A stretch of DNA of 63,538 nt, filler included, from Octopus bimaculoides (lineage: Eukaryota), in the NCBI RefSeq assembly GCF_001194135.2. It is 5 parts of 5 records of this genome, joined end to end, with 100 filler letters (N's around TTAATTAATTAA, not from the genome) between each part and the next. Parts side by side here need not be neighbours in the genome. Positions count along the whole stretch, not along the records: positions 1 to 28,649 come from NC_068981.1; 4 more parts are not named here. One strand, written 5' to 3'. Both the position numbers and the translations under genes were made by a program. A model generated the notes under the pieces. The model was not told the origin of the DNA, ran no database searches, and saw only the letters and a program-made list of their open reading frames with translations. Positions 13,488 through 26,087 of this stretch are shown here, one piece after another; within the stretch, counting starts at the first letter, position 1; the number at the start of each line of letters is the position of its first letter.

Positions 13488-13770
13488 GACCTGGCTCTCC
13501 GTCGGTTTCGATGACGAGTTATTGATTCGATCGGCGAAACAGTTTGCACGTGAAATTAACGCGCAAGTGTATCCTTAACATAGTTCTCGAGGCGATTCAA
13601 TACGACAGAGGATGTGGCAAGGCTGTCCCTTTGAAATATAGGTACTACTCATTTTTACTGGCTCAGTGAATTGGAGTAATGAGAAATATAGTGTCCTGGT
13701 CAAGAACACAACGCGCCACCGGCAATCGGAGTCACGACCGTAAATACCCTTATCACTGAGCTAAGCTCAT
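13488..13770 (-). mobile_element. CORE-type SINE (family F), degenerate
   Basis: Minus strand: CGTGACTCCGATTGCC B-box remnant, GTTGTGTTCTTGACCAGGACAC and CTCCAATTCACTGAG shared with the 26088 element, but a different tail. Confidence 0.65.
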
Positions 13771-13964
13771 ATCTATATATTATACACACATAAATGTAAT
13801 ACACACACACAGACACACGCACACACACACACAAACAAACACACAAAGACAGATAGATGAATAGGTATGTAAATATATACAACAGTATGTATGTGTGTAT
13901 GTATGTATGCATGCCTGTATGTATGATTGAATGTATTTACAGGCAAGCGCTCACACAATCAGTC

Positions 13965-13995
<31 letters not shown>

Positions 13996-14059
13996 TATAT
14001 GAATCTATGACTATATGTAAATATATATGTATCCATGACTATATATATANNNNNNNNNN

Positions 14060-14123
<64 letters not shown>

Positions 14124-15415
14124 GTGCGCATATACATATATACACGTACACACATACAGAAATGCAGACATGTATCCAAGCAGATGTTACTTTGTTGATT
14201 TACATCAACATTCCTTTTGTGACGAGTTCCTCTGGTGAGTGCAGAACATATATGCTGACGTCGGACGTTAGCGCATAAGGTGAGTTAAGACAAACAATCG
14301 ACGCTTTTAATAGACATGTCTCTTGTCTTGTTTGGCGCTTTATAACATGTTATATTTGATGAGAAGCTATATCTTGTATTAAAGGCTGAAACAACGCGAT
14401 ACCTTCTTGTAAATAAGAATGACATACTGTGGATGAAAGGAAAAAGGGTGTGAGAAACAGTGAGCAAGAGAGAAACATTGAGACGGAAACAGACGAAAGA
14501 AGGGAGTGAGAGATTGTGTTGTATCTGAGGTCTTTTAATGAAACCACAAACAAAGGATTGTTTCTACAATATCTATGAGAAAATAACGTTTGCTAGATAA
14601 TCTGCAATAAATGAATAATAAGATGTTGGGATAAAATCAATTTTTTTTAATTGTAGTGTTTTCTTTTTCTGGTTTGTTGTTTTAGTTTTATTGTTCGTTT
14701 TGTAAATATTAGCTATCAAAGCCATCTACGGCAACGACTATATTCTATGTAACTACTTATACTGGCAAACATATCTTGATATACATACATACGCACATGC
14801 CTGCATGCATACATACATACATACACCCACCCATCCATCCATCCATCCATCCATCCATCCATACATACATACATACATACAGTCATATGTAAATAGATAT
14901 GTGTGTATACGGTCAGTAAACATTGGTACTGACAAACTCTCATACGCTGAAACATGATCGCACAAACAAATGCGCTGACGAACATGTATGGACATACATA
15001 CACGCATATTCACATATATACACATAGAGAAACATATATAAATGCATATATCTGCTTCCATATGTGTGTATGCGTATATATATGTGTGTGTGTGTGTATA
15101 TGTGTGTGTAGGTATTTATANNNNNNNNNNNNNNNNNNNNNNNNNNNNNNNNNNNNNNNNNNNNNNNNNNNNNNNNNNNNNNNNNNNNNNNNNNNNNNNN
15201 NNNNNNNNNNNNNNNNNNNNNNNNNNNNNNNNNNNNNNNNNNNNNNNNNNNNNNNNNNNNNNNNNNNNNNNNNNNNNNNNNNNNNNNNNNNNNNNNNNNN
15301 NNNNNNNNNNNNNNNNNNNNNNNNNNNNNNNNNNNNNNNNNNNNNNNNNNNNNNNNNNNNNNNNNNNNNNNNNNNNNNNNNNNNNNNNNNNNNNNNNNNN
15401 NNNNNNNNNNNNNNA

Positions 15416-15626
15416 TACATACATACATACATACATACATAAATACATACATACATACATACATACATGCATACATACATGCATACATACATACATACAT
15501 GCATGCATACATACATACATACATAAATACATACATACATACATACATACATACATGCATACATACATACATACATACATACATACATGCATACATACAT
15601 ACATACATACATACATACATACATAC
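15416..15626. repeat. (ACAT)n microsatellite
   Basis: Visible array; source of the MYVC/HTYI ORFs. Confidence 0.97.
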
Positions 15627-17295
15627 GTGAGTCAAAGTTATATATATGTAACTCAAAATAAGAAGTCATTATAGTGTAGCGATTCGTAACTTTGGATACA
15701 GACAACTGAAGAATTCACAAGCAGAAAATTCGAAAGAACATCTGCTAACGTCATTTATTTGAATCTATATATATTCATTGGCGCAATGTGCTTTTGCGTA
15801 AGTGGGTATTGTGGAAGCATAAATATTTTGTTCTTTTCCCTGCAATTCTTGGTATTCCTGTTTTCTTTGATAACATCAGTACATTATCGAATTTATTCTC
15901 GCATGTTATACAGGATATACGCATACATATATCTATGCATGTGCATATGTGTATCGACAGATGGTTTAAGTACAATCCCGTGGTGGTGGTAAGAAAACGC
16001 CACAGATATTCTCATATTTTTCAGGCTAAGAAGTTGGCAAATAGCTATTTGCCAACTATTCCTCCTGATGAAAGGAAGCAGCCTTATAGTATTGTCTCTG
16101 TGTCCATGTACCGGTTGCATATTCATTATTTTTTTCAAATTCCATCTACTAGTTATGAACATTACGACTATTACGTAATTCCTAACTCCTTGAAACAGCT
16201 GTCGAGTTAAAAAAAAACTGTGCATTCTCCTCTTAGTTTTCTGGGGTTATTTTTGTATTCCATGTAAAACAAATTTATTTCTCAACACATATACATATTC
16301 AAATGCTTCTCCATATATAACACTTTATCGCTCTGTTTCCATCTATTAATTGCAATGACAAGCCATCGGTCGGTCTGAGGTTATTGTAGAAGGCATTTGC
16401 TCAGCATGCCATCCAGTTTGTGTAGGCCAGAAACGCGTTTTTACGATGCGGAAGTCTTAAACATACGCTCATATATCTGTGTATATGAGTGTACGTGTAT
16501 GTATATGGTTTTGCGTGTTTATGCGTTTGGGTCTGTGTGAGTATATACACACCCTCTCAGAGTAATCCCTCTGTTCGCATGTTAGGTTCGTTCCTATAAA
16601 TGCACTGCTCTACAAGGTCATTACAACACACCATAAATAAAGATACAATCTTCATAGAGTAGTTTTAGCAAAGATACGATCTCAAATGGTGTTGATAAAC
16701 GTTGCCAGTTGACGGAAAACTCAGACTTGCAATTTCACTTTTCAAGCACTTTATAACATCGGAAAACCTTACACAATGTAATGTTACAAATTGTGATTTC
16801 ATGATATGATAGAATTAAAAAAAAAAACAAGTTTAATTTTGATTTATACAATTTTCATTAAAATAATTCAACTTAATCAACATTAATTAACATTAATTAA
16901 CTTTAAATTAATCAGTTCTAAAAACAATCGAGTCACTAATACACAGCGTTACAGAATTATGGGTGGAAAAGTAGTGAAATGGGTCAGGTGTTGTATATCT
17001 GGGATGTAAGTGTAGGCTGTGTTTTTTCTTCTCTAATTGGTAGCTTTCGGAAGAATGTCTTTTTAATTGGTAGCTTTTCAAAGAATTTAACTATTTTTCT
17101 CCATATTTTTTTTAAATTCTTTTTCACAATGTCAATTCTCTGGAGAGAAAACATGTACGGCACAAACCATTGGGTGGAAACTTGTATTGACCACCGTAAC
17201 AAGCTTTCTTCTGTTTCTTAACCAAAATCGCATGTATTTCAGATATTCTACTTGTAATTTTTCTACGTGATTAAAGCATACTGGCTCCAGCAATA

Positions 17296-17455
17296 CGGTT
17301 CTATATTTATACCTTAGGAATGAGAACCCAGGTTCAAAATTAGCCCAAGACACCTGATGAAGGCTGGAGGGAATATCAGCCAAAACGTTGTGTTAACAAC
17401 AAACAAGATGGGAACAGATAAGGACGAATGTAAATAATGTAAATAATGTAAATAC
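17296..17455 (+). mobile_element. PLE terminal-repeat (pLTR) fragment with hammerhead motif
   Basis: Its 3' segment (AACAACAAACAAGATG..AATGTAAATAATGTA) recurs at 31416-31477 (-) and 31674-31716 (+); a short inverted piece of the same terminus sits at 17296-17309. Confidence 0.7.
17349..17394 (+). ncRNA. Minimal type I hammerhead ribozyme motif (G12A, probably inactive copy)
   Basis: Helix I GACAC/GTGTT; CTGATGA 17354-17360; helix II GGCTG/CAGCC; AAAAC in place of GAAAC; GTT cleavage triplet 17387-17389; palindromic ACGT helix III. The sister copy at 31477 keeps GAAACGTT. Confidence 0.8.
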
Positions 17456-18212
17456 TGTGAAACAATGTTTTCAGTTATTTTTCTTTTATTTTTCGAGAGA
17501 GACAGAGTGAATGATGTGTACGAAAAGATGTCATTGGTTACTGTATTAGATGTCTCCCACTGGTTGAAGGTAAAACGCATTTGTTATCAAAGTTAATCAA
17601 CATAAAACTGATATTACTAGTTACTTCACTTTTAATTGTAATATGTTCGACTACAAAATTATTGGCGTGCACTTGTAATTGAATTTACTGCACAGAATGA
17701 GAAATACTGGATATTAAATTTTATACATTTGGACCAAAGAACGTGTAATTTTCACTAATATGAGATTCACTACGGTTAAAAATGCGATACGTCGTTTCAT
17801 ATTTAGATTCATTTTTGTTATATTTAGTTATACATTTATCTGAACATGTTTTATGTTTGTCTTTTAGTTCCCACATTTTGGGATTTCATCCAGAAAATTA
17901 CTTTGATTACGAAGACATTTTAGAATACAAAATCTTCTCTCAGTTGTAACTTTGCAATTATTGTGCTGACTATACATTTTTCGTTCGTTGATTATATTGG
18001 TAGTTGCCTTATGTGGAATGTCAGCTTCAGGCCATAAAATAACTTTAGATTTTAGTTTTATTCTATTTAATTTTGCTTTCATTTGTGTAATTTAAAAACC
18101 AACGACGATAATGATGATAGCGGTAAACAGTTACATTGCCGCGAAAAATATAATTTAATAATGTTTTATTATCAACATTCATACGACACTGTAGTTTATA
18201 AGTATCGACATG

Positions 18213-18280
<68 letters not shown>

Positions 18281-18580
18281 AACACCACCGAAATAGTTAC
18301 TAATACTTTCATGCTATTATGATACTTGAACAGGTATATTTCTATAATAAGCCGTGTATTTTAAAGTATCATAATAGAATGAAACAATTAGTAGTTCTTT
18401 CGGTTGTTTGTCTAAATTGATATTTATCTCTCGCGGGATGGAGCACTCTACTTTTGTTGATTCTACCTCCATTGGATCTTTAAACTATATACATACATAA
18501 TATATATATATATGTGTGTGTGTATATATATATATATTTCTTCATATATATAAATATTTCTTTATATATATATATATGTA

Positions 18581-18941
18581 GTTTCACCTCATAGCTGTGG
18601 CCATGCTGTAGCACCGCCATTTTGCTACGCTGTTATTACTGAGAGCCTCCTCTAATATGTGGCACTTGGTGTATAATAGAGTTTGATGCAGCTACCCTCA
18701 TTTGCACCTCTTGACGTGAGGTAGGTTCGTCTGGAACTCTCGACAGGAAGAGGTCCAGCCTTGATTTAAAACCCCTACATCTACTTTATGCAGGATCCTC
18801 ACGTTCTTTGGGAGAATAGTAAAAAGCTGTTGACTCTTGAAACCCAGGCTGTTGCAGCAACTGGTCCTGAAACGCGGTAGCATTGCTGGCATCTTTGGAA
18901 CTATGCAGTATCGACTCGTTCTGGCATTGGTGTAGCTTTCA
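18581..18941 (-). mobile_element. CR1/L2-type LINE 3' end (family L-b) with 3' tail
   Basis: Translates as NARTSRYCIVPKMPAMLPRFRTSCCNSLGFKSQQLFTILPKNVRILHKVDVGV, resembling the C-terminus of CR1/L2 ORF2; tail GGCGGTGCTACAGCATGGCCACAGCT..GAAAC. Confidence 0.7.
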
Positions 18942-18944
18942 ATG

Positions 18945-19290
18945 ACAAAATTTGGCACAATTCTTTCAAATTCAGGAACACAACATATAGGTACATTGCG
19001 ACACAATTTCTTTTCCTCAACAGGCCTTGCCCTGTCTAACATTGTTCCAAAAGAGATCAAAGACGAAAAGGATCCCATCAACTTTAAACGGAGTCTGGAC
19101 AGATTTCAAGGAATACAGGATAAGCCACCCATACCTGGATACAACTCACTCAACAAGAACTCACTACTAGGATGGACCATAAACAAAACTTGACTTAAAC
19201 AGGATTTAGATAATCTGATGAGGTTGTGATATTAAGTTAAACATGGCCTGGACCAATCTTTGGTCGAAACATATCTAAGTTTAAATTTAT
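18945..19290 (+). mobile_element. CR1/L2-type LINE 3' end (family L-a)
   Basis: GTLRHNFFSSTGLALSNIVPKEIK..FKRSLDRF..IQDKPPIPGY..NSLL.W, then a 3' UTR stem-loop GACCAA/TTGGTC. Confidence 0.75.
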
Positions 19291-19439
19291 AAATAAAGAA
19301 ATATATGTATATATATATATATNNNNNNNNNNNNNNNNNNNNNNNNNNNNNNNNNNNNNNNNNNNNNNNNNNNNNNNNNNNNNNNNNNNNNNNNNNNNNN
19401 NNNNNNNNNNNNNNNNNNNNNNNNNNNNNNNNNNNNNAT

Positions 19440-19680
19440 ATAAACTTAGATATGTTTCCACCAAAGATTGGTCCAGGCCATGTCTAACTTAAAAGCACCA
19501 CCTCATAGGATTATCTAAATCATTTTTAAGTCAAGTTTTGTTTATGGTCCATTCAAGTAGTGCATTTTTGTTGAGTGAGCTGTATCCAGGTATGGGTGGC
19601 CTATCTGGTTTTCCTTGATGAAATCTGTCTAGACTCCGTTTAAAGCTGATAGGATCCTTTTCCTCTCCTCTTTTATTTGT
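19440..19680 (-). mobile_element. Second copy of the L-a LINE 3' end, inverted
   Basis: Reverse complement aligns with 19049-19284. Confidence 0.85.
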
Positions 19681-19699
19681 TTTGGGACGTGAAACAGTG

Positions 19700-21390
19700 T
19701 ACGATGTGGAAAATATACCGCCAGCATTGCCCAAAGGACCTGAAGATTAGCTTCAAGGTTCATGCAAGGCTGGGACCATAGACCATACGACCCGTGCCCA
19801 ATTCAGGATCGCAACATATAGGCACACTGTGGCACAATTTCTTTTCCTCAACAGGCCCTGCCCTGTTTAACATTGTCCATGCATACGAAAATCATCCAGA
19901 AATAGCCAGATTGGCTCTCTACTGGGTCAAAATGCATCAATCATCAAGGATTCATTACAAATATGCACACTCTTGAGTCAACAATATAACTGCATTTTCC
20001 AGGGCGGCGAGCTGGCAGAATCGTTAGCACGCCGGGCGAAATGCTTAGCGGTATTTCGTCCGCTGTTACGTTCTGAGTTCAAATTCTGCTTTTCATCCTT
20101 TCGGGGTCGATTAAATAAGTACTAGTTACGCACTGGGGTCTATGTAATCGACTTAATCCCTTGTTCGTCCTCTTTATGTTTAGCCCTGTGTGGGCAATAA
20201 AGAAATACATATAACTGCATTTTCCCAAACCATAACCAATAAAATAGTGCATAACACAAGCGAATTTTTTGATCCTAGAATTCCACTGCAGAGAAACGTC
20301 TAGAATAAATGATATGACAGCACATTATATATTTGCAGCTATTAACTAACTAGATTCAAAGTCAGCATCTGGACCAGTTAATTTTCAAGCCATATTGTAA
20401 AAAACGTGCAAAATATGCCTCGCCAAACATTTAAAGATGCTATTTCAAATGTCGTTATATACAGGTATATTCTCAGAACTATTTAAAGACGCATTAGTAA
20501 CACCTATAGAGAAAGGAGGTAGCAGGGCTGAAGCTAAAAATTACATACCTATTTCTCTGGTATATCACCCATCTAAAATAGTTGGACGCTGAAAGAATAA
20601 GTTCGTACTTTGAGGAAAACCTCTTAGACAATACACAATGTTTTCGGACTAGACGAAGTTGCCTGTCACTATTATTACAGCACCTTATCACTCTCCTCAG
20701 TAATGTCTTGAAAGGAATGAATACTGATTGTATATACCTTGGTTTTACAACAGCATTTGACAAAATCGATCACAGTATCATCTGTCATAGACTAAGAGAA
20801 CTTCGTACCACAAGAAAACTCGATGAAGGATACTTTGACTTCTTATGGGGTAGGAATCAATCTGTTGCTGCAAACGGTTTTCTCTCTACAAAAGTCACAT
20901 GTAATACGTGGTATACCTCAGAGTACGGTTCTAAGATCATTATTATTTATCATCACCCCATCAGCTATACTCTCATAAGTGCACTCGAACAACCTCACAA
21001 GCTATGCTGATGACACAAAACACTCGATGGCTACCCAGACTCCAGAAGATCCCGTCATACTCCAAAATGAGCTAAACGTCATTTATCAATGAGCAGATAA
21101 AAACCGTATGAAACTAAATGCATCAAAATTTCAGGTTCTGTATTACAGAGAGAATACACTCAAATCACATTATTTGACAGATGACAATTTTTCAGGCCGC
21201 TAATGACAGACGGGACTTGAGAGTAATCGTGTCAAATGATGCATCTTTTATCAGCCCCATCACCAAACTGACATCGAAATGCAGATATCTCGTAGGATGG
21301 AACCCACGAACCTTCGTGCCATAAGAGCCGATAGTCATGCTGATTCTATGGAAAACCTCAGTTTTGAACAGATTCATTTTTTATTACAGC
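19700..21390 (+). pseudogene. Degenerate CR1/L2-type LINE ORF2 (reverse transcriptase), interrupted by a SINE
   Basis: LFKDALVTPIEKGGSRAEAKNYIPISL; FRTRRSCL; DCIYLGFTTAFDKIDH; SYADDTK (YADD at about 21003); NRMKLNASKF; RDLRVIVS; many stops and frameshifts. Confidence 0.85.
20001..20208 (+). mobile_element. Full-length SINE family A (A1) with perfect 17-bp TSD
   Basis: A box TGGCAGAATCG, B box GAGTTCAAATT; TSD ATATAACTGCATTTTCC at 19984-20000 and 20209-20225. Confidence 0.95.
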
Positions 21391-22740
21391 ATACTCAGAA
21401 GCCCATCGGCAGCTGAGATCCTTATGCAGACTACTCCTGATTAGAGTTTCAATTCTCATTAGGGTATGAGTGTGTTTCAAAATGAGCACATGTCGCTTTC
21501 CATAAATTTGCATGCCTTATGTGCAGAAGGATCAATCAATATCGCAGTGAAACATATTGTAACGTATTTGTTGTGTGTTAGGAATGTTATTTCAATATAG
21601 ATTTGGTCTGAAGGATTGTAACTAACTATATCCAATATCTCATTGAGACTGGTAATACAGGTGCTATAAATGCGCTTTATGAAAATCTACAAGTAAACGT
21701 CTTGAATCAAAGGATGTACAAAGTGGAAATTTTAACGGACAGATGATTTGAGGATGCAAAACTAGAGAGACGCAATTCGGATGATTAGAGAAGGAGAGGC
21801 AAGTGGTTCGGGTAACTGATTAGAGGCAAAAAATTGAAGGAGGGAGTTCCGAAGAATATTCATTGTTTAAATGGCAGGAGAAAATGTAGAGAAGACTGCA
21901 TTAATGTGTATCAGATATTGGTGCATGGTTTGTGAGAAGCATATTGCCAGTCAGTTGAGTGGCTTTTGGGCGAATATGATTTACAATTACCGTTTCTGTA
22001 GTGGCAGTATCATCCTAGATTTGTGACCAGTACACCATTGTGAGCTTCGCTGGAGCTTTATAAAGATTGCAGGTGTAGTCTACTGAAGTATTTTCTGGTT
22101 CTGATGGAAGTCATATTGTTCGCTTAATAAAATTAACTTGCGATTTGGCTTATCGGAAAATTTTCAGTTAGCATTTTAAATTAAGAAGTATCTTGTACAT
22201 GTTTGTTCAATTTTGTAGCCAAGTGAGATTAAATTAGCACGGTAAAAGTATTTGCCACTGTATATTGTAGTGTTAATGATAAGAAGTGATCTAAAATCCT
22301 TTTGACTGGACAAGTTCTGACAGATTTCGTAAATACTCGTCCAGCTGTAATTCCCTACGAACATACTTGAAATATGTCTTATAAACACTTGCATTAACAT
22401 AAATATAAAGCCTCAAAATCAAGACAAAAAATACAACTTCCGTTTTAATGCAATTTTCCTGCTATTGCTTTTCACCATGCACACATTGTATCTTTTCAGG
22501 AAGAGAAGTAGAAAATAGAAATGTCTTCAATTTATCTGGTTTATTAGTGGCTGGAGTGAAAAGACAAGGAGTTCGTGCCATTATGCTTTTAAAAGGGAAG
22601 AGTTTGTGGTTTTCTGAAGAGCAAATAGCATTGATTGCTATTACTGACTTGTGCTTATTCAATGGATTATGTATGCATACACCACCTCTCTCGTTAAAGA
22701 ATATATATTGACAATAAAGGATGGTGTGTATAATACACAC

Positions 22741-22773
<33 letters not shown>

Positions 22774-24880
22774 TATCGTTGTTATTATGTTAAACTGTCG
22801 TATATCCAAATTTAACCAAATAGGTTCTCTTCAATATTTAAATTTGCTAGCAATAGCCGGTTCTTTAGGCATCGTATCTCCAGCTGCTTCAGATGTCAAT
22901 ATATGAAAATTGTCAAAGTGTATTACAACAGTTTACCATTTTTCAAAAGTGTAGTAAGTCTCACATACGACAGATTTGCAAAACTATTTCTGACTGAAAT
23001 TATTATACATGCATAGAGTTGCCATGTTATACACCCAACAAAGTATTATTGTTAAGCTGAAACTGTTGGTAATATAAAAAGAAATGGTATGGTGAAACTA
23101 TTTTTTTCGTTTTAAACTCACGAAACTTTTGCATAATAGCAACGATATATACAAATNNNNNNNNNNNNNNNNNNNNNNNNNNNNNNNNNNNNNNNNNNNN
23201 NNNNNNNNNNNNNNNNNNNNNNNNNNNNNNNNNNNNNNNNNNNNNNNNNNNNNNNNNNNNNNNNNNNNNNNNNNNNNNNNNNNNNNNNNNNNNNNNNNNN
23301 NNNNNNNNNNNNNNNNNNNNNNNNNNNNNNNNNNNNNNNNNNNNNNNNNNNNNNNNNNNNNNNNNNNNNNNNNNNNNNNNNNNNNNNNNNNNNNNNNNNN
23401 NNNNNNNNNNNNNNNNNNNNNNNNNNNNNNNNNNNNNNNNNNNNNNNNNNNNNNNNNNNNATATATATATATATACATAGTTCACAGATATGATCGCGGT
23501 ATTCTCTGTATAGAAGACACTTTATAGTTCTCAAAATATTCAAACTTAGACTCCAATGTCTTTACAAGGGTTCAATCCTCAAGGAAAAGGAAAGGCTATA
23601 TCAAGTTGAGCGGGTATAGAAGCAATTATTGGGATAAACAAATTAGACACATCAAATATATTGAATATACTAAGTAAATCAAATACAAAACGTATATATG
23701 TATACATGCAAAATGAGAGAAAGCGAAAGTTTGAAACTTTCAGATGATGATTGATGAATATTTCATGTATAAATATGTATATATTTATATAAATAGGCCT
23801 CTCTTTAAAATTCGGACAGTTCTAAGTTTTGTTTTGTATGTGGCATGATTAAACAGTAACATATAGAACCTAAAACACAAATATGTCAATAAAAAATATA
23901 AATTGTTTCAAGTTAAAATAAGTATAAAACGATGTTTTATTGGCTGTCTGTTTACTTCTGTCGTGTCCGTGTATGTATGTATATATATACGTATACACAC
24001 ACACGTGCATGTATGTATGTGTGTATTATGTATGTTTGTATGTATGTATGTATGTATGTATGCATGTATAATTCATACACATTGTATATACCCAACTGAC
24101 AAAAAGGGTAGTTTTTCAAGCAATTCACATCCATTTTGCTGCAGTAATTCCTCATTATCTATAAGACTCATTAACTCATATATAATCACTGTATAACTAA
24201 TCATTGTCGCATTAAATTTCTGATTTCAACTGGAGATTTGCGCTGCGACTAGGTTTGTATAGCTATTCCAACAATCCTGGATTTCAAATTTTTTTTTATG
24301 CATGTTATTATCCTTCCACGAACATCCTCAATTTTCTTTCTATAACTACTGGCTTAATATTTTTGTCCTATAACCAAAGAAACTTTCTAAGGAAATATAA
24401 AAAATGTATTAGAGAAAAGAGAAATCGGGTGGAGATATGATTCAGAAATAAAGCAAAAATAATATTGTCTTTTCTTCCGTTGACAAAACTTCTGCTTCCG
24501 TGACAGAAGCTTATTTTGTTTCAAACAATGATCATGCTGGCTTACAAATCTAAGATAGGAAATACCAATTCAAGCTGATAGATATAAAAAGTAAGCAGAG
24601 TGAGAGAGAAGAATGAAAAGTGAAAGAGTGAAAGAGAAAGGTGGAGAAAAATAGAGTGAGACAGAGAGATGGAGACAGTGAGAGAGAGAAACAGAGAAAG
24701 AGAGAGAAAGAAGAAGAGAGAAAGAGAGAAACAGAAAGAAAGAGAGGAAAAGAAAGAAAGAGAGAGAGAGAGAGACGTTGATTCTATGTTTTGAAGCCAT
24801 AGGCATTTGGAAATTGCATTGTTCGACAGCGAAATAAAGGATTTAAGAATGTGAAAGAAAATGTGATAAGCATGCACTGA

Positions 24881-24926
<46 letters not shown>

Positions 24927-25481
24927 ATATCTATATATATATATGTGTGTGTGTGTATGTATGTATGTATGTATGTATGTATGTATATACATACATACGT
25001 ATATGCGCGCATGGGTATGCCTATGTGTATGCGTGTATATATATATATATATATATGTAAATGCAGGTATATATGTGCATGTATAAGCATACATACATAT
25101 ATTAGTGATAGGACTAAATATTTCCCTGAACAAACGGATATATTTCTTTTTGTAAGAAACATTACAGTGAGTTCATATATAAATGCATCGAAACAGTTTA
25201 AACGTATTGATTAGCGAGGGAATAATAAGAAAGGTACATCCATTAAAATAAAAACTTCTTATTCCATATGTACTTTACCTGGATACGTTTTGGTATTTCT
25301 GGCGAAGATATTTATTTACAATTTATAACACTTTGTCTCTTTTAGGATTCAAGTCAGTTTTTATATCGACCGGCGATACCGTAATTTTCTAATATTCTGG
25401 AGCCTATAGAGATGAGACAAAAACTGAAGAAATTCGAATGCCACACTCCTAAGTATAAATAATGCAATATTTTTAACGGCG

Positions 25482-25952
25482 GGAGGCGGCGAACAGGCAG
25501 AAAGGTTAGCACGCCAGAAAGCGACGAGCTGGCAGAAACATTAGCACGCCGGGCAAAATGCTTAGCGGTATTTCGTCTGTCGTTACGGTCTAAGTTCAAA
25601 TTCCGCTGAGGTCGACTTCGCCTTTCATCCTTTCGGGTTCGATAAATTAAGTACCAGCTACGCACTGGAGTCGATGTAATCGACTTATTCCCTTTGTCTG
25701 TCCTTGTTTGTCCCCTCTATGTTTAGCCCCTTATGAGCAATAAAGAAATAAGAAATGTTAGCACGCCGGGCGAAAAGCTTAGCGGTACTTCGTCTGTCTT
25801 TATGTTCTGAGTTCAAATTCGACCGAGGTCACTTTTGACTTTCATCCTTTCGAGATCGATGAATTAAGTACCAGTTGCATGCTGGGGATCGATCTAATCG
25901 ACTGGCCCTTTCCCTAAAAATTTCGGGCCTTGAGCCTAGAGTAGAAAAGAAT
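25482..25952 (+). mobile_element. Nested SINE A: A1 copy (25516-25750) inserted in the head of an A2 copy
   Basis: Inner TSD AGAAA(G/T)GTTAGCACGCC at 25499-25515 and 25751-25767; outer TSD 14/16 at 25466-25481 and 25950-25965. Confidence 0.88.
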
Positions 25953-26087
25953 ATTCTTAACGACGTTGAACATCAGAATTAGTCGTTCATAAATATACTC
26001 ATGAAATTTTCGATATTAGCGATAACGTTAATTATTTCAGAGTTACCATAGGGATATGCTTTGCCCTTTAAAACTAAGGTGGTGAAG

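Noticed and set aside
14235-14285. Two consensus GTGAGT splice donors 45 bp apart
   Set aside because: The intervening segment has stops in all three frames and no convincing acceptor
17869-18000. Strong acceptor (TTTGTCTTTTAG) followed by complex sequence
   Set aside because: All three frames stop within 30 codons; no recognisable peptide
19216-19282. CTGATGA...GAAAC in the LINE 3' UTR, resembling a hammerhead
   Set aside because: Helices I and II do not form, and the sister copy at 19440-19530 reads CCTATGA/GGAAAC; better explained as the ordinary LINE 3' stem-loop
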